Shown here in pieces: positions 8,393-18,647 of a DNA stretch of 64,000 nt. Each line of letters starts with the position of its first letter. Position 1 is the first letter of the stretch. The notes under the pieces are model-generated. The model did no database searches, was not told the DNA's origin, and saw only the letters and a program-made list of their open reading frames with translations. Position numbers and translations under genes: made by a program. This DNA is from Promethearchaeota archaeon (lineage in GTDB: Archaea; Asgardarchaeota; Lokiarchaeia; Sigyniarchaeales; SOKP01). Where the stretch lies: NCBI GenBank assembly GCA_019057795.1, contig JAHLWS010000030.1, forward strand, positions 1 to 64,000, given 5' to 3'.

Positions 8393-9323
8393 ATTAATAT
8401 CAACGAGACCTACAAAACATTAGATGATGAAGAAATTCAAGTAATAGGATGGATTACGGAAAATTTACCAAGTAAATCAAATATATTAGTAGAGAGAAGA
8501 CAAATAATTAAACTCTTGGAGCCTACAACTACTAATACGCCGTATTTAATAAATGAAGAAGTTAAAACGACTATATCTAGTGATTATCGGTATGGAATTT
8601 CGCATAAAACGGATACCAATTGCTCAATTGATTATATAGAAAAATTTGGTAATTATGAAAATGTAATTGATATATTAGATAATAATAGCATAGGAAGTGT
8701 TTCCATAGATATTAATCTCTTCTCAGAAATAAGATCTGCGTCGATTGAATTTTTTATAAAAACTACAAATACTTCACAAGGTTTTTGGTTAAATTCCTCG
8801 TTATCGAAAGATTTTGATGGATTCTCCCTTAGTATAGTTTCTGACTCGGTTTTTTATTTTAACGGAAGTAGCTATGAAAAAATCGTAAATATCGAGAACG
8901 ATAAATGGTACCAAATAAGAATCGATTTCGAATGTACAAATAATAATTATTCTGGATTAGACGAAAATCAATGGAAAATAACGATTAACGGGACTGAGTA
9001 TGGCAATTACGATTTCTGGAACGATGTCTCTTTCATCAATTACATAGAATTATTTACATCGCAGTTGGATTCTGAGTGGAATATATATATTACGGGGTTA
9101 AACTTCTCGTGGGACTCAGATTTTAAATTTGAACATTACCTTTTTAAATATCTAAAAATAATAGATTATTTGAAGACGAAAAATATTCCATATTTAATAT
9201 TATCAAAAGAACCGACATCTTTCAACTTGGAAACTGAAAAAAAATGTGATGTATATCGATGTATACGGTGAATTAATTCCATTTTTCTATGATAATAAAT
9301 TATATGAGTATATTAAAGTCTAA
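8393..9323 (+). pseudogene. C-terminal fragment of a GT-C-like membrane protein with an inserted beta-sandwich (ConA/LamG-like) domain
   Basis: Frame is open from 8393 with no start (KTLDDEEIQVIGWITENLP resembles LTDEEIEIIEYLQN of the GT-C-like paralogs); DKWYQIRIDF motif; apparent slip in the A8 tract at 9237-9244. Confidence 0.55.
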
Positions 9324-9383
9324 GTCGAACAATATTTTATTCAAATAAGCTATTTAAATTGAAATTTCTATTAAAACTTTAGA

Positions 9384-10493
9384 ATGAGTCGAATTGTGAA
9401 AAAATCTATTTATGTCGTGGCTGGAGCAAGACCTAATTTTATGAAAATTGCGCCTTTGATTAAAGAGTTTCAGAAAGAAAGCGTTAATTTCAAACTAATT
9501 CATACGGGCCAGCATTACGATTATAACATGTCAAAAGTATTTTTTGACGACCTTGGAATTCCCGAACCGGATATTCATCTAAACGTAGGTTCTGCCTCAC
9601 ACGCGGTTCAAACCGCAAGCATTATGATAGAATTTGAAAAAATAATAATTAAAGAGAAGCCTTCGTTGGTGGTGGTAGTTGGAGACGTTAATTCTACAAT
9701 AGCGTGCGCCTTAGTAGCAAAAAAATTACACGTTAAAGTAGCTCATATTGAAGCTGGACTAAGAAGTTTTAATATGAAAATGCCCGAAGAAATTAATCGG
9801 TTGTTAACCGACCAAATTTCAGACTTTTTATTCACAACTGAAAAAAGCGCGGCGCTCAATTTAAAAAGAGAGGGAATAAGTGCCGATAAAATCTTTTTCG
9901 TCGGAAATGTTATGATTGATACATTAATTACGAATCTCGAAAAAGCAAAAAAATTGAAATTACTCGACAAGTATAATTTGAAAAAGAACGATTACGCATT
10001 AATTACTTTACACCGCCCTTCTAACGTCGATACTAAAGAGAATTTGGAAAAAATGTTGAATATACTTAATTTTTTACAGGAAAAAATTAAGGTTTTTTTC
10101 CCTATACATCCCCGTACTAAAAAAAATCTCGAAAAATTCGATCTCGAAAAAAATATTAAAGATTTAAATATTGTTTTATCTAACCCTATTGGTTATTTAG
10201 AATTTCTGAACTTAATGACGAACTCAAAATTAATTCTTACCGATTCGGGAGGGATTCAAGAAGAAGCTTCGTATCTTAAAATTCCGATCCTCACGGCAAG
10301 GGAGGGTACTGAGAGACCCATTACTGTTGACGAAGGGACTAACACAATAATAGGAAATGATTTAGCGAAAGCCAAAAAATACATAGAAGAAATTATTTCT
10401 AATAAATATAAACAGGGAAAAATTATCGAAAAATGGGACGGACAAACCGCTAAAAGAATAGTAAGGATAATAAAAGAAAATTTGAATATTTAA
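9384..10493 (+). CDS. wecB: UDP-N-acetylglucosamine 2-epimerase (non-hydrolysing)
   Basis: GARPNFMK, HTGQHYD, HIEAGLRS, MPEEINR, TDSGGIQEE, TERP. Confidence 0.95.
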   Translation: MSRIVKKSIYVVAGARPNFMKIAPLIKEFQKESVNFKLIHTGQHYDYNMSKVFFDDLGIPEPDIHLNVGSASHAVQTASIMIEFEKIIIKEKPSLVVVVGDVNSTIACALVAKKLHVKVAHIEAGLRSFNMKMPEEINRLLTDQISDFLFTTEKSAALNLKREGISADKIFFVGNVMIDTLITNLEKAKKLKLLDKYNLKKNDYALITLHRPSNVDTKENLEKMLNILNFLQEKIKVFFPIHPRTKKNLEKFDLEKNIKDLNIVLSNPIGYLEFLNLMTNSKLILTDSGGIQEEASYLKIPILTAREGTERPITVDEGTNTIIGNDLAKAKKYIEEIISNKYKQGKIIEKWDGQTAKRIVRIIKENLNI

Positions 10494-10499
10494 AATAAT

Positions 10500-10938
10500 A
10501 TCTTATTTCTTGATGAGCCTACGCTGGGACTGGATGTGAATATTATCAATCTATTTTGATATCATCAAAAATGTCGAGAGCACTATCATCTTCACAAGCC
10601 ATGATTTATCCGTGGTCGAGAAATGATGCTATAGGATTGGATTCATCAACGAAGGAAAAATGCTCAAAATAGGAACTCAAGAAGAGATTAAAAATTTAGC
10701 GGGATCCGAGATAAAAGTTGAGATATCCCTTGCCTGCAAAAAACAAGAGCACTTTTCTAAATTACACAGCCACAATTTTATAACAGATGTCAGCAACCAA
10801 AGAAAGAATGGTATTCTTGTCCGTCTAAAGGAAAGAATCTATTACAAAGATCTCCTCAGTCTTTTAAGTAATTATGAGATCACGAAAATAAAAGAAGTCG
10901 AAACATCTCTCGAAGATTTATTTCTAAAAATGTGTTAA
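10500..10938 (+). pseudogene. ABC transporter ATPase remnant (C-terminal half), paralog of 51309..52226
   Basis: ILFLDEPTLGLDV, frameshift, TSHDLSVVEK*CYRIGFINEGK, SLEDLFL; Walker A missing. Confidence 0.85.
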
Positions 10939-11032
10939 TTGTATTAACAATGACAGAAACCATTCTGTTATTAATTTTTTCCCGTTAATCAGTAAATATG
11001 GTTTTAAAGCAATTTAATAATTTGCCTTAAAG

Positions 11033-11465
11033 AGCGTACCTCAGTCGGGAAAAATGCCGGAAAATTGTAACGACTTTAAGATTTACGGAGTTTCAGATGT
11101 CTTAAAAGTAGCCCGAAGAATGGATATCGAGAAAATAGTTTATATGTCCAGATCTTCCGTGTATGAAGACACACCTAGTTTATCAATAGAGAAGATATGC
11201 GTTGATCGCCATTCTCTCCCTATGGCGTCGTAAAATTGGCTGCGGAGCCTACATGCAAGTTTATCACCACTTTTATGGACTAAAAACAACATCGTTAAGG
11301 AATTTTAATGTATATGGTCCTAGGCAGAAAGAGTCTACCTATAGTGGCGCAATAGCAATTAGGTTGGGGAATATTATTAGGAATGAAGATTTAATTATTT
11401 TCGGAGATGGAAAATTTCAAGAGATTTCAATTATATTAAAGATCTTATTCAGGCTTATCTATTAG
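11033..11465 (+). pseudogene. NAD-dependent sugar epimerase (GalE/WbpP-like) remnant
   Basis: Fragments in shifting frames: KIVYMSRSSVY, SPYG, LRNFNVYGPRQ, IFGDG. Confidence 0.8.
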
Positions 11466-11543
11466 GGATAAAATTTAAATAAGACGATGTCTTGCAGAAT
11501 ACAAAATTTAATGAAAGATCAGTGATTTAGAGAATAGAAAATA

Positions 11544-13181
11544 ATGAAACAATTAGATAGTAGTAAAAAGATTGAAAATAGTAATGAATATAAAAATTTA
11601 CTCAAAAATTCAATTTATTCATTCTTTCATAATTTTTCAAGTATATTTTTTCAAATAATTATCCCCTTTTTAATAGCTAGATTAATAACAATTGAATCTT
11701 GGGGTGTTTTAATATTATCTATATCATTTATTTCTTTGTTTGCGGTTATAACAAAATTTTTTCCTCCTGCCTTAGAATATTCAATAATTTATTATATACC
11801 ACGATTTATTTCATTAGAAGAAAATAAAAAATTAAGATCATTTATTAAAAATGTTATAATTTTGAAATTTCTTTTTTTGTTATTATTTTATTTTTGTTTT
11901 TTATTTTTGTTTTTCAATATCATTGAAAAAATTTGGATAAGTTCCACATTATTATTTATTTTATCTCCATTAATTATTTTTTCAGGATTTAATATTATTT
12001 TTTATTCAATTCTTAGAGGTTTTAATAGGTTCAAGTCAATTTTCTTAATTTTTTTATTTTCTTCCTTTTTCAAAATTTCCCTTCTTTTTATAATGTTCAG
12101 TGAATTATTTACTGTAAAGATTGAATACATTGCATTTATTTATGTTATTAATGAAATTATACCATTTTTAGTTTGTTTAATATATATTTTTAATATAGTG
12201 AGAAAATTGACAAAGGAAGAGGGATTCGATAAAACAATTTCATTAAAAGAAGTATTTAAGATGACCTCTAAATACGGTTTTCCAATTAGTTTTGGTTATT
12301 TGATATATGGATTATGGGATCAGATACAAATACTAGGAATAGGAAATTTAACTCCCATAGAAAATGTTACTGGTTATAATATATCACTAGGTTATTCAAA
12401 AAATTTAATATCTCTATCTTCCTCTCTTAGTATGCCATTAATTAGATCCTTTACTAATTTAAATGTATCTAATCAATCGGAAAAAATTAAAAAAATTTAC
12501 AATCTGGTGATAAAATTGAAATTATTCTTTTTATCAATAATGGTTGGGATTTTTTTTTACTTGAGTGATTTTTTCTTACTTTTTATCTATGGTTCTAATT
12601 ATGAGAATTTTTCAATCTTCCTTAAATTAATGTTGATATCAATTATTTTTAATGTAATTCAAAGTCCCGCTGATGCTTTAGTGTTAGCAAAAAAAAAACA
12701 ATTCTATATCACTATTATCCGTTTAATTATGGTAGGAATATATACAAGTTTATTTTTTTTGTTTTTAATTTTCTTTGGAATCATTGGGTCATTCTTTGCA
12801 ATAATTTTTAGTAATATTTTAATTTTTATTATGTATTTTATTGTATCATATAGATTTTTAGTAATAGAAATTGATTTAAAAAAATTAATTTTTCAATATT
12901 TTTCTTTTTTTATTGCTCTTATAATATCAATTTTTTTGAATTCTTTATTTTTAGAAGATTTAAGTATGTATCTTCTAAATCTTTTTAATCTTTCTTTTTT
13001 TAATTCCATTCCTATTTTAACAATACTTATATTTATCATTTTATATTTAGTTTTTACTTCTTTGTTTAGGTTCTTTAAAAAGGATGAAATTGAATATTTC
13101 CAATTAGTATTAAATATTAAAAAATTTTCAAATAGAATAATTATTAAAACCTTATCTTTTATCAAAAAATTCGTTAGGTAA
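11544..13181 (+). CDS. Oligosaccharide flippase (Wzx/AglR, MOP family)
   Basis: About 14 hydrophobic segments; LLKNSIYSF..IARL...WG and VTGYNIS patterns; glycan locus context. Confidence 0.85.
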   Translation: MKQLDSSKKIENSNEYKNLLKNSIYSFFHNFSSIFFQIIIPFLIARLITIESWGVLILSISFISLFAVITKFFPPALEYSIIYYIPRFISLEENKKLRSFIKNVIILKFLFLLLFYFCFLFLFFNIIEKIWISSTLLFILSPLIIFSGFNIIFYSILRGFNRFKSIFLIFLFSSFFKISLLFIMFSELFTVKIEYIAFIYVINEIIPFLVCLIYIFNIVRKLTKEEGFDKTISLKEVFKMTSKYGFPISFGYLIYGLWDQIQILGIGNLTPIENVTGYNISLGYSKNLISLSSSLSMPLIRSFTNLNVSNQSEKIKKIYNLVIKLKLFFLSIMVGIFFYLSDFFLLFIYGSNYENFSIFLKLMLISIIFNVIQSPADALVLAKKKQFYITIIRLIMVGIYTSLFFLFLIFFGIIGSFFAIIFSNILIFIMYFIVSYRFLVIEIDLKKLIFQYFSFFIALIISIFLNSLFLEDLSMYLLNLFNLSFFNSIPILTILIFIILYLVFTSLFRFFKKDEIEYFQLVLNIKKFSNRIIIKTLSFIKKFVR

Positions 13182-14133
13182 AATCTTTCTTTAAAAGAAT
13201 CCGTATAAATCTACGACTTTTTCCATACTGATCTAAAGATATCTCAACGATGTCAAAATCATTATTTTCTGAAAGATTTTTTAAATAAAAGAATATTTTT
13301 TTCAAAATGTTATAATATAAATTTAGATTAATTCTAAACAAAAAATTTTTAAATTTTTGAATTAAGCACTTTTTAGTAGTACTTTTTATTAAATTTTCTA
13401 AAGGCTCGCCGACAGTTGTTAAGTTAATGACTTTAAATTCTAATTTTTTAATTAGAATTTTAATGCATTTAACATTAAAAACATGAGTATGAAGTCCTAA
13501 ATGTTCTTTAAAAAAACTATCTAGATTTGGAATTTCGATAAATAAATAAGTTTTTCCATCCATTAATTTTTTAATTTTATTTAAAAATTTAACAGGATTT
13601 CTTGTATGTTCAAGGATATGAGATAATATGATTAATGAAAAAGGTTTATTTATATTTACTTCTATAATATCTTCATAAATTCGTTTAACACCAATATTTT
13701 TTAAAACCTTTTTCATATTATAATCAGGTTCAATAGCATAATATTCAATATTCTTAGTTAATCTTTTATTTTTGTTTAAACAATTAAAAAAATTTCCATA
13801 TCCTGCACCGATATCTAAAATAGTTTCTAATGAATTTAAATCAATAAATTTCTCTAAGTAATTTATTCGGGAAATATTTTTTATTTCTGTTATTTTTTTA
13901 TGTATATTTGAAATTTTTTCATATTTATTCCAATATTCATAATTAATATTTTTCATTTCCGCTTCTGTTGGTTTAGGATAAATAATACCACAAAAACATT
14001 CCGAACAAACGATTAACCATTTATGCTTAAAGTTTGGAATTTTCCATTTATTCTTTAATATTTCTTTCCATATGGTACAATTACAAACAGGACATTTCCA
14101 ATTTTTCGGTTCAGCAATAATTTTACTTTTCAT
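13174..14133 (-). CDS. Class I SAM-dependent methyltransferase with N-terminal Zn-ribbon
   Basis: CPVC..CSEC, ILDIGAGYG, SHILEH..NP, LFIEIPN. Confidence 0.85.
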   Translation of the reverse strand: MKSKIIAEPKNWKCPVCNCTIWKEILKNKWKIPNFKHKWLIVCSECFCGIIYPKPTEAEMKNINYEYWNKYEKISNIHKKITEIKNISRINYLEKFIDLNSLETILDIGAGYGNFFNCLNKNKRLTKNIEYYAIEPDYNMKKVLKNIGVKRIYEDIIEVNINKPFSLIILSHILEHTRNPVKFLNKIKKLMDGKTYLFIEIPNLDSFFKEHLGLHTHVFNVKCIKILIKKLEFKVINLTTVGEPLENLIKSTTKKCLIQKFKNFLFRINLNLYYNILKKIFFYLKNLSENNDFDIVEISLDQYGKSRRFIRILLKKDFT

Positions 14134-14419
14134 TAAGCATCTTATCTCTTAATATTTATTGTAATTAATCGAGTGTCATTTGAAATAATATATTAGATTT
14201 TTTTTACATATCTTTATAGTTTCTTCTAAATCATTAATCGAATTAATAATGATTTCCTTAGATTGTTTAAATCTTTGGTTTTTGAAAGCAATTTGGGAAT
14301 ATTTTTTCTTTTAATAACAAAAAAATTTTAATGTATTTGATTTTTGTTTATTATATATCATTTTAAAGTTATTTTTGCTATTATTTGTTAGATTTTTTAA
14401 TCATATAAGCTTTTCATTA

Positions 14420-15100
14420 TATTGAAAAGAGATTGTAAGTTATTTCAATGTCTTTTCTATCAGAAAAATCATGTATTGATTTAAACTCAACTAAATATCC
14501 ATCAATTTTTTCACCATAAAAAGGTGAAAAGGAATAAATATCCTTATTAACTTTTATTTCACATCCTTTACTTTTAAATTCTAAAAATTAATTTGAATTA
14601 ATGTGGATTTTATTAGTAAATAATTCTAATGAAATTTCTTTCGGAAAATGAAAAAAGGAAGAAATTTCTATTATTTTCTCATAATAATACAATTTGGAAT
14701 TATGTTATCAATAATTTGAAATTTATCAAGGAAAATGGATGCTTTCAATCTACGTTTAATTAAAATTTTCATAACCGTTATGTAAAACAATACTTTTTAT
14801 TTTATTATTTTTATGTTTAAATTCTCTTTTAATAGAAGGAATTTTAGACCATTCCTAAATTCCCTCTATATCTGCTTGATTTCTATAATTTATCGAAACT
14901 ACATTATGTGCTTTACTAGAACGGTATTTATTTCGTTTTTTTTTGATTAATATTGTATATATATATTCCAGAATCAATTATAATTGGTACTCCTCTAAAG
15001 AGATAAATAATATTTGTAATATCACTATGATCGTGGGATGACGGTTTTGGACTAAATTGAGCCATATCGAAAAATTAAGAATAAAGTATAAGCTTTTTCG
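14420..15100 (-). pseudogene. Heparinase II/III-family remnant (C-terminal part), paralog of 18648..20696
   Basis: HDHSDITNIIYLFRGVPIIIDSG / RNKYRSSKAHNVVSI / PFYGEK, broken by frameshifts and stops. Confidence 0.8.
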
Positions 15101-15153
15101 TAAAGTTCTCGTTATTTTATTATCGTCATAAATTAAGAAAAAATGATTGATAA

Positions 15154-15423
15154 TTATTGAGTAAATTTTACTCCTTTAAAATTTATATGTTGTAAATTTT
15201 TCTCTCTAAACCATTGTTTGTAAAACCTAACATAATTATAAAAGTATCTAATTAATTTTCTAAATTTAGAATCTTGATATTTATCAAATTCCTGGCGAGT
15301 GTAAAACTGAATTTTTTCTATATTAATAAATTCTTTTAAAATGTTAAAATAATTGCTGTCTAAATTTGGTAAGGGTGTATAATTATAGAGTTTGTAAAAA
15401 CTATTAATTAACATTCCTTTCAT
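15154..15423 (-). pseudogene. N-terminal fragment of a phenylacetate-CoA ligase (PaaK/CapK)-family protein
   Basis: EFDKYQDSKFRKLIRYFYNYVRFYKQWF resembles the family N-terminus; stops at 89 aa. Confidence 0.6.
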
Positions 15424-15434
15424 TAAATTTTCTC

Positions 15435-16361
15435 CTAGTTTTGAATGTAGAATAAAATTAATGATTTTTCTTGAATTTGATTAATTTTTTCATTCATTTC
15501 TTCCATTGAATTTACATTAATTTTTAAAACATCTAAAAAATCAATATCAATTTTGTTAATTTCAATAAGATTAATAAAATATTCGAGATTTTTTTTATAA
15601 TCCCATCTTACATAAGGAAAAGGATATTTTACACCTTGAATATAATTTGAATCTAATAAACCAGCATCAAACTTTGAAATATAAATGAATTCGAAAATTT
15701 TTTTTTTTTTTATAACATTATCCAAAGTAAGATGATAAATTTTCTTTTCAATAATATTTTCATTATTCACATTTAAGATATTGATGATTTTATCATTTAA
15801 TTTAGTTAACAAAAGAACTTTATCTATTAGACGATTTCTGATAATAATTTTTAATTTGTTATTAATAAAATCAAGATCTTTATCATCTACCTCAAAAAGG
15901 TCTGTATCTTCTTCTAATTTAATGATATAAACATTTGCTCCAGATATTTTGAATATTTTATATAAGAGATATGAAAAGAAATTGAATCCAATTAAAACTA
16001 TATTTTGGCTCAATTTTGGATTAATTATTCTTAAAATTTTCATTGCATATGAAGCATAAGGTAAAATAAATAGTAGTTTTGATTTACTTTCGGTTATTTT
16101 AAAGACCAAATTTGAGGAAAGTTCAATATTCAATGCTTTTTTGCAAGAAAGATATCCTACTAATTCATTTTTCTTTAAATTATAAACATGATGACCAAAT
16201 TCTTTAATAACTCCCCCACAGAAAATAGGAAAGGTTATATTATTCTTATTAAAAATAATATCCTCCTTAAACGTGGAATATGACGCATATTGGTTAAGAA
16301 TTTTAACAGGATCAATTGGAATAATGATATCCTCTAACATTTCGAATTCGGAGTTATTCAT
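15435..16361 (-). CDS. Degenerate medium-chain dehydrogenase-like protein, paralog of the N-terminal half of the adjacent oxidoreductase
   Basis: ISKFDAGLLDSNYIQGVKYPFPYVRWDYKKNLEYFINLI aligns with ISRSYGPGRYDMYYEYEGFDYPEEFVPWTEKRNMEFFLTLI; GxGxxG lost (IGFNFFS). Confidence 0.65.
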   Translation of the reverse strand: MNNSEFEMLEDIIIPIDPVKILNQYASYSTFKEDIIFNKNNITFPIFCGGVIKEFGHHVYNLKKNELVGYLSCKKALNIELSSNLVFKITESKSKLLFILPYASYAMKILRIINPKLSQNIVLIGFNFFSYLLYKIFKISGANVYIIKLEEDTDLFEVDDKDLDFINNKLKIIIRNRLIDKVLLLTKLNDKIINILNVNNENIIEKKIYHLTLDNVIKKKKIFEFIYISKFDAGLLDSNYIQGVKYPFPYVRWDYKKNLEYFINLIEINKIDIDFLDVLKINVNSMEEMNEKINQIQEKSLILFYIQN

Positions 16362-18576
16362 TTAAATCATTGGTAATTTTGATAGGTAAATCGTTTTTTA
16401 TTGAATCTATTGTTTTAAAACACAGATACATTGCTATTAGTGCGTCGTCTACTCGAATTAATGATTCTTCCTCATTTAAATTAGCTTTAATAACATTTTC
16501 TAATTCATTTTTATGTCCTTTATCTTGAACTTGTAATTTTTTATTCCCTACATCAAACCCCGAAGTATGCATCGTTTTAAAATCATCAATAAATATTGTA
16601 GACTCTCCTGAGAATATCTCAATTCTCTCTTTTGGTATATCCGGACCACCTAAATCAGTATATATGAGATTTGCTATAGATCCATTTTTGAATTCAATTA
16701 GAACTGTACAACTATCATAAACTTCTATATTTTTATGGCTTAAATTCCCCCCTTTAGCATATATCTCAATAGGAGTAGAATCTATTAAATATAAGATTAA
16801 ATCTGTAAAATGACAAAATTCTCCAATAATTGGACCTCCTCCAATATTCGGATCATAAACCCAATGTGATCCAGATATAAATGTATTAGCGATTCTATAA
16901 TTCATTATAATCGGGTTATCTCTCTTTTTTAATAATTCTTTAGCGATCTGAATAAATGGACTATACCTACGATTAAAACCAATAGAATAAAATTTTCCAG
17001 TTTTTTTTACGGTATTATAAACTTCTTTACATTGATTCATAGTTAATGCCATTGGTTTTTCGCAATAAACATTTTTCCCCGCTTTTAATGCTTCTATTGC
17101 GAATTTTCCATGAGTATTATGTCTTGTATAAATAAATACAATATCAATTTCGGGATCCTTAAGTATTTTTTTATGATTAGTCGTAATATAATCTGGGTGA
17201 AATTTCGCTAAACATAATTCAGCAGTTTTTTTATGTTCAGTACAAATTCCTTTTATTTTACAATTTGGATTTGATAATAACAAAGGGAGATGAGTACTTT
17301 GTGCGAAAGAACCACATCCTATTAACCCAATCATTAATTTTTTCCTTTTAATTTCTGTTATTGAAGTTATTCGTTTGATTTTTAAATGTTCTTCTTCATG
17401 TGTAAATTTTAATAGAATTGCAATATTATTGAAAGGATCGTTTTCTAACTTTTCATACGCTATGTTCGCCTTATCTACAGGGATGATATCGGAAATTAGG
17501 ATCTTTACATTAATTTTTTTTTCTGAAATTAAGGTTAAAAAGAATTCCATATTTCTTTTTTCTGTCCAAGGGACAAATTCTTCGGGATAATCAAATCCTT
17601 CATATTCATAATACATATCATAACGCCCAGGCCCATACGATCTAGATATTAATAAATCTGCTTCCTTGTAATAAAGTTTCCCTCGATTTACTTCTATAGG
17701 AAATCCACCTAACATCACGATTTTTCCTCTATCCCGGATTAAATCAACTGCATCTTCTAAAATTTTTGAAGATTTAGATGTTGCGCAAATTATTATTGAA
17801 TCCAATCCTTTCATATTAGTAAGTTCTGAAACCTTTCTATCTGAGTTGAGATATTTTGGATTAATAATAAAGTCAGCGCCTAATTCTTTAGCAAGATTTA
17901 ATCTTTTATTTATTAAATCAAAAGCGACAATTCTCCCTCCACTTGCCTTAATTAATTGAACAATAACTAATCCAATTAAACCTGTACCTATAACGCCAAC
18001 AAATTCTCCTGGTTTTATATCTGCACGATGAATTCCATGAAGAGCTATCGCTCCTAATGTAGCAAATGCAGCTTCTTCTAGAGTAACATTATTTGGAACT
18101 TTACATGTTAAATTTTTTGGAGAATATATAATTTCGGCGTGATTTGACCCCCCGCAAGAAACTCTATCATTTATTTGATAATCTTTTAGATTAGTTTTTT
18201 GGACTAGTCCAGAACAACTATAACCAATCGGAGTTAAATTAGAAGTAGGTTTTATAAAATTTTTTCCATCATCCTTCTTAAAGAGATATAATTTCCCAAA
18301 TTTAATTGTTCCTAGAATCCCTCTTTCCTTTATTTCATTATAAATTATATTTCGAAAATCTTTTGATTTAATTACTTTTTTGATAAAAGGTAAATTATGA
18401 AATCTTCTCATTTTAATATCCGATAATTCAGTACCAGAAGAAATTAGAGCGAAACTTGTTTTAACAATTGATCCCTTTGTTTCTATGATAGGATCTTTCA
18501 TCTCTTTTACTATAATTTGACTCTTATTATTAATAAATAATTTTTTCATAGATGTCAATATTAACTTTGAATTCAA
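16354..18576 (-). CDS. Bi-domain oxidoreductase (MDR/Zn-ADH-like + Gfo/Idh/MocA)
   Basis: ISSGTE, GTGLIG, SRSYGPGRYD, IGCGSFA, CEKPMA, GFNRRYSP. Confidence 0.9.
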   Translation of the reverse strand: MNSKLILTSMKKLFINNKSQIIVKEMKDPIIETKGSIVKTSFALISSGTELSDIKMRRFHNLPFIKKVIKSKDFRNIIYNEIKERGILGTIKFGKLYLFKKDDGKNFIKPTSNLTPIGYSCSGLVQKTNLKDYQINDRVSCGGSNHAEIIYSPKNLTCKVPNNVTLEEAAFATLGAIALHGIHRADIKPGEFVGVIGTGLIGLVIVQLIKASGGRIVAFDLINKRLNLAKELGADFIINPKYLNSDRKVSELTNMKGLDSIIICATSKSSKILEDAVDLIRDRGKIVMLGGFPIEVNRGKLYYKEADLLISRSYGPGRYDMYYEYEGFDYPEEFVPWTEKRNMEFFLTLISEKKINVKILISDIIPVDKANIAYEKLENDPFNNIAILLKFTHEEEHLKIKRITSITEIKRKKLMIGLIGCGSFAQSTHLPLLLSNPNCKIKGICTEHKKTAELCLAKFHPDYITTNHKKILKDPEIDIVFIYTRHNTHGKFAIEALKAGKNVYCEKPMALTMNQCKEVYNTVKKTGKFYSIGFNRRYSPFIQIAKELLKKRDNPIIMNYRIANTFISGSHWVYDPNIGGGPIIGEFCHFTDLILYLIDSTPIEIYAKGGNLSHKNIEVYDSCTVLIEFKNGSIANLIYTDLGGPDIPKERIEIFSGESTIFIDDFKTMHTSGFDVGNKKLQVQDKGHKNELENVIKANLNEEESLIRVDDALIAMYLCFKTIDSIKNDLPIKITNDLNE

Positions 18577-18647
18577 TAAAAGGTGTGAAAGATTATTGAT
18601 AGTAAGTAATAAATTTCTTAACTATTATTAAATTTTTATATACAAAG

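Noticed and set aside
10624-10626. In-frame TGA next to Cys (VVEK*CYR) as possible selenocysteine
   Set aside because: The paralog has Leu at this position and the fragment also has a frameshift and no Walker A; it is a nonsense mutation
14170-14420. Possible relic of a second degenerate MDR paralog (EIIINSINDLEE...NLIYYFK)
   Set aside because: Similarity too short and low-complexity to support
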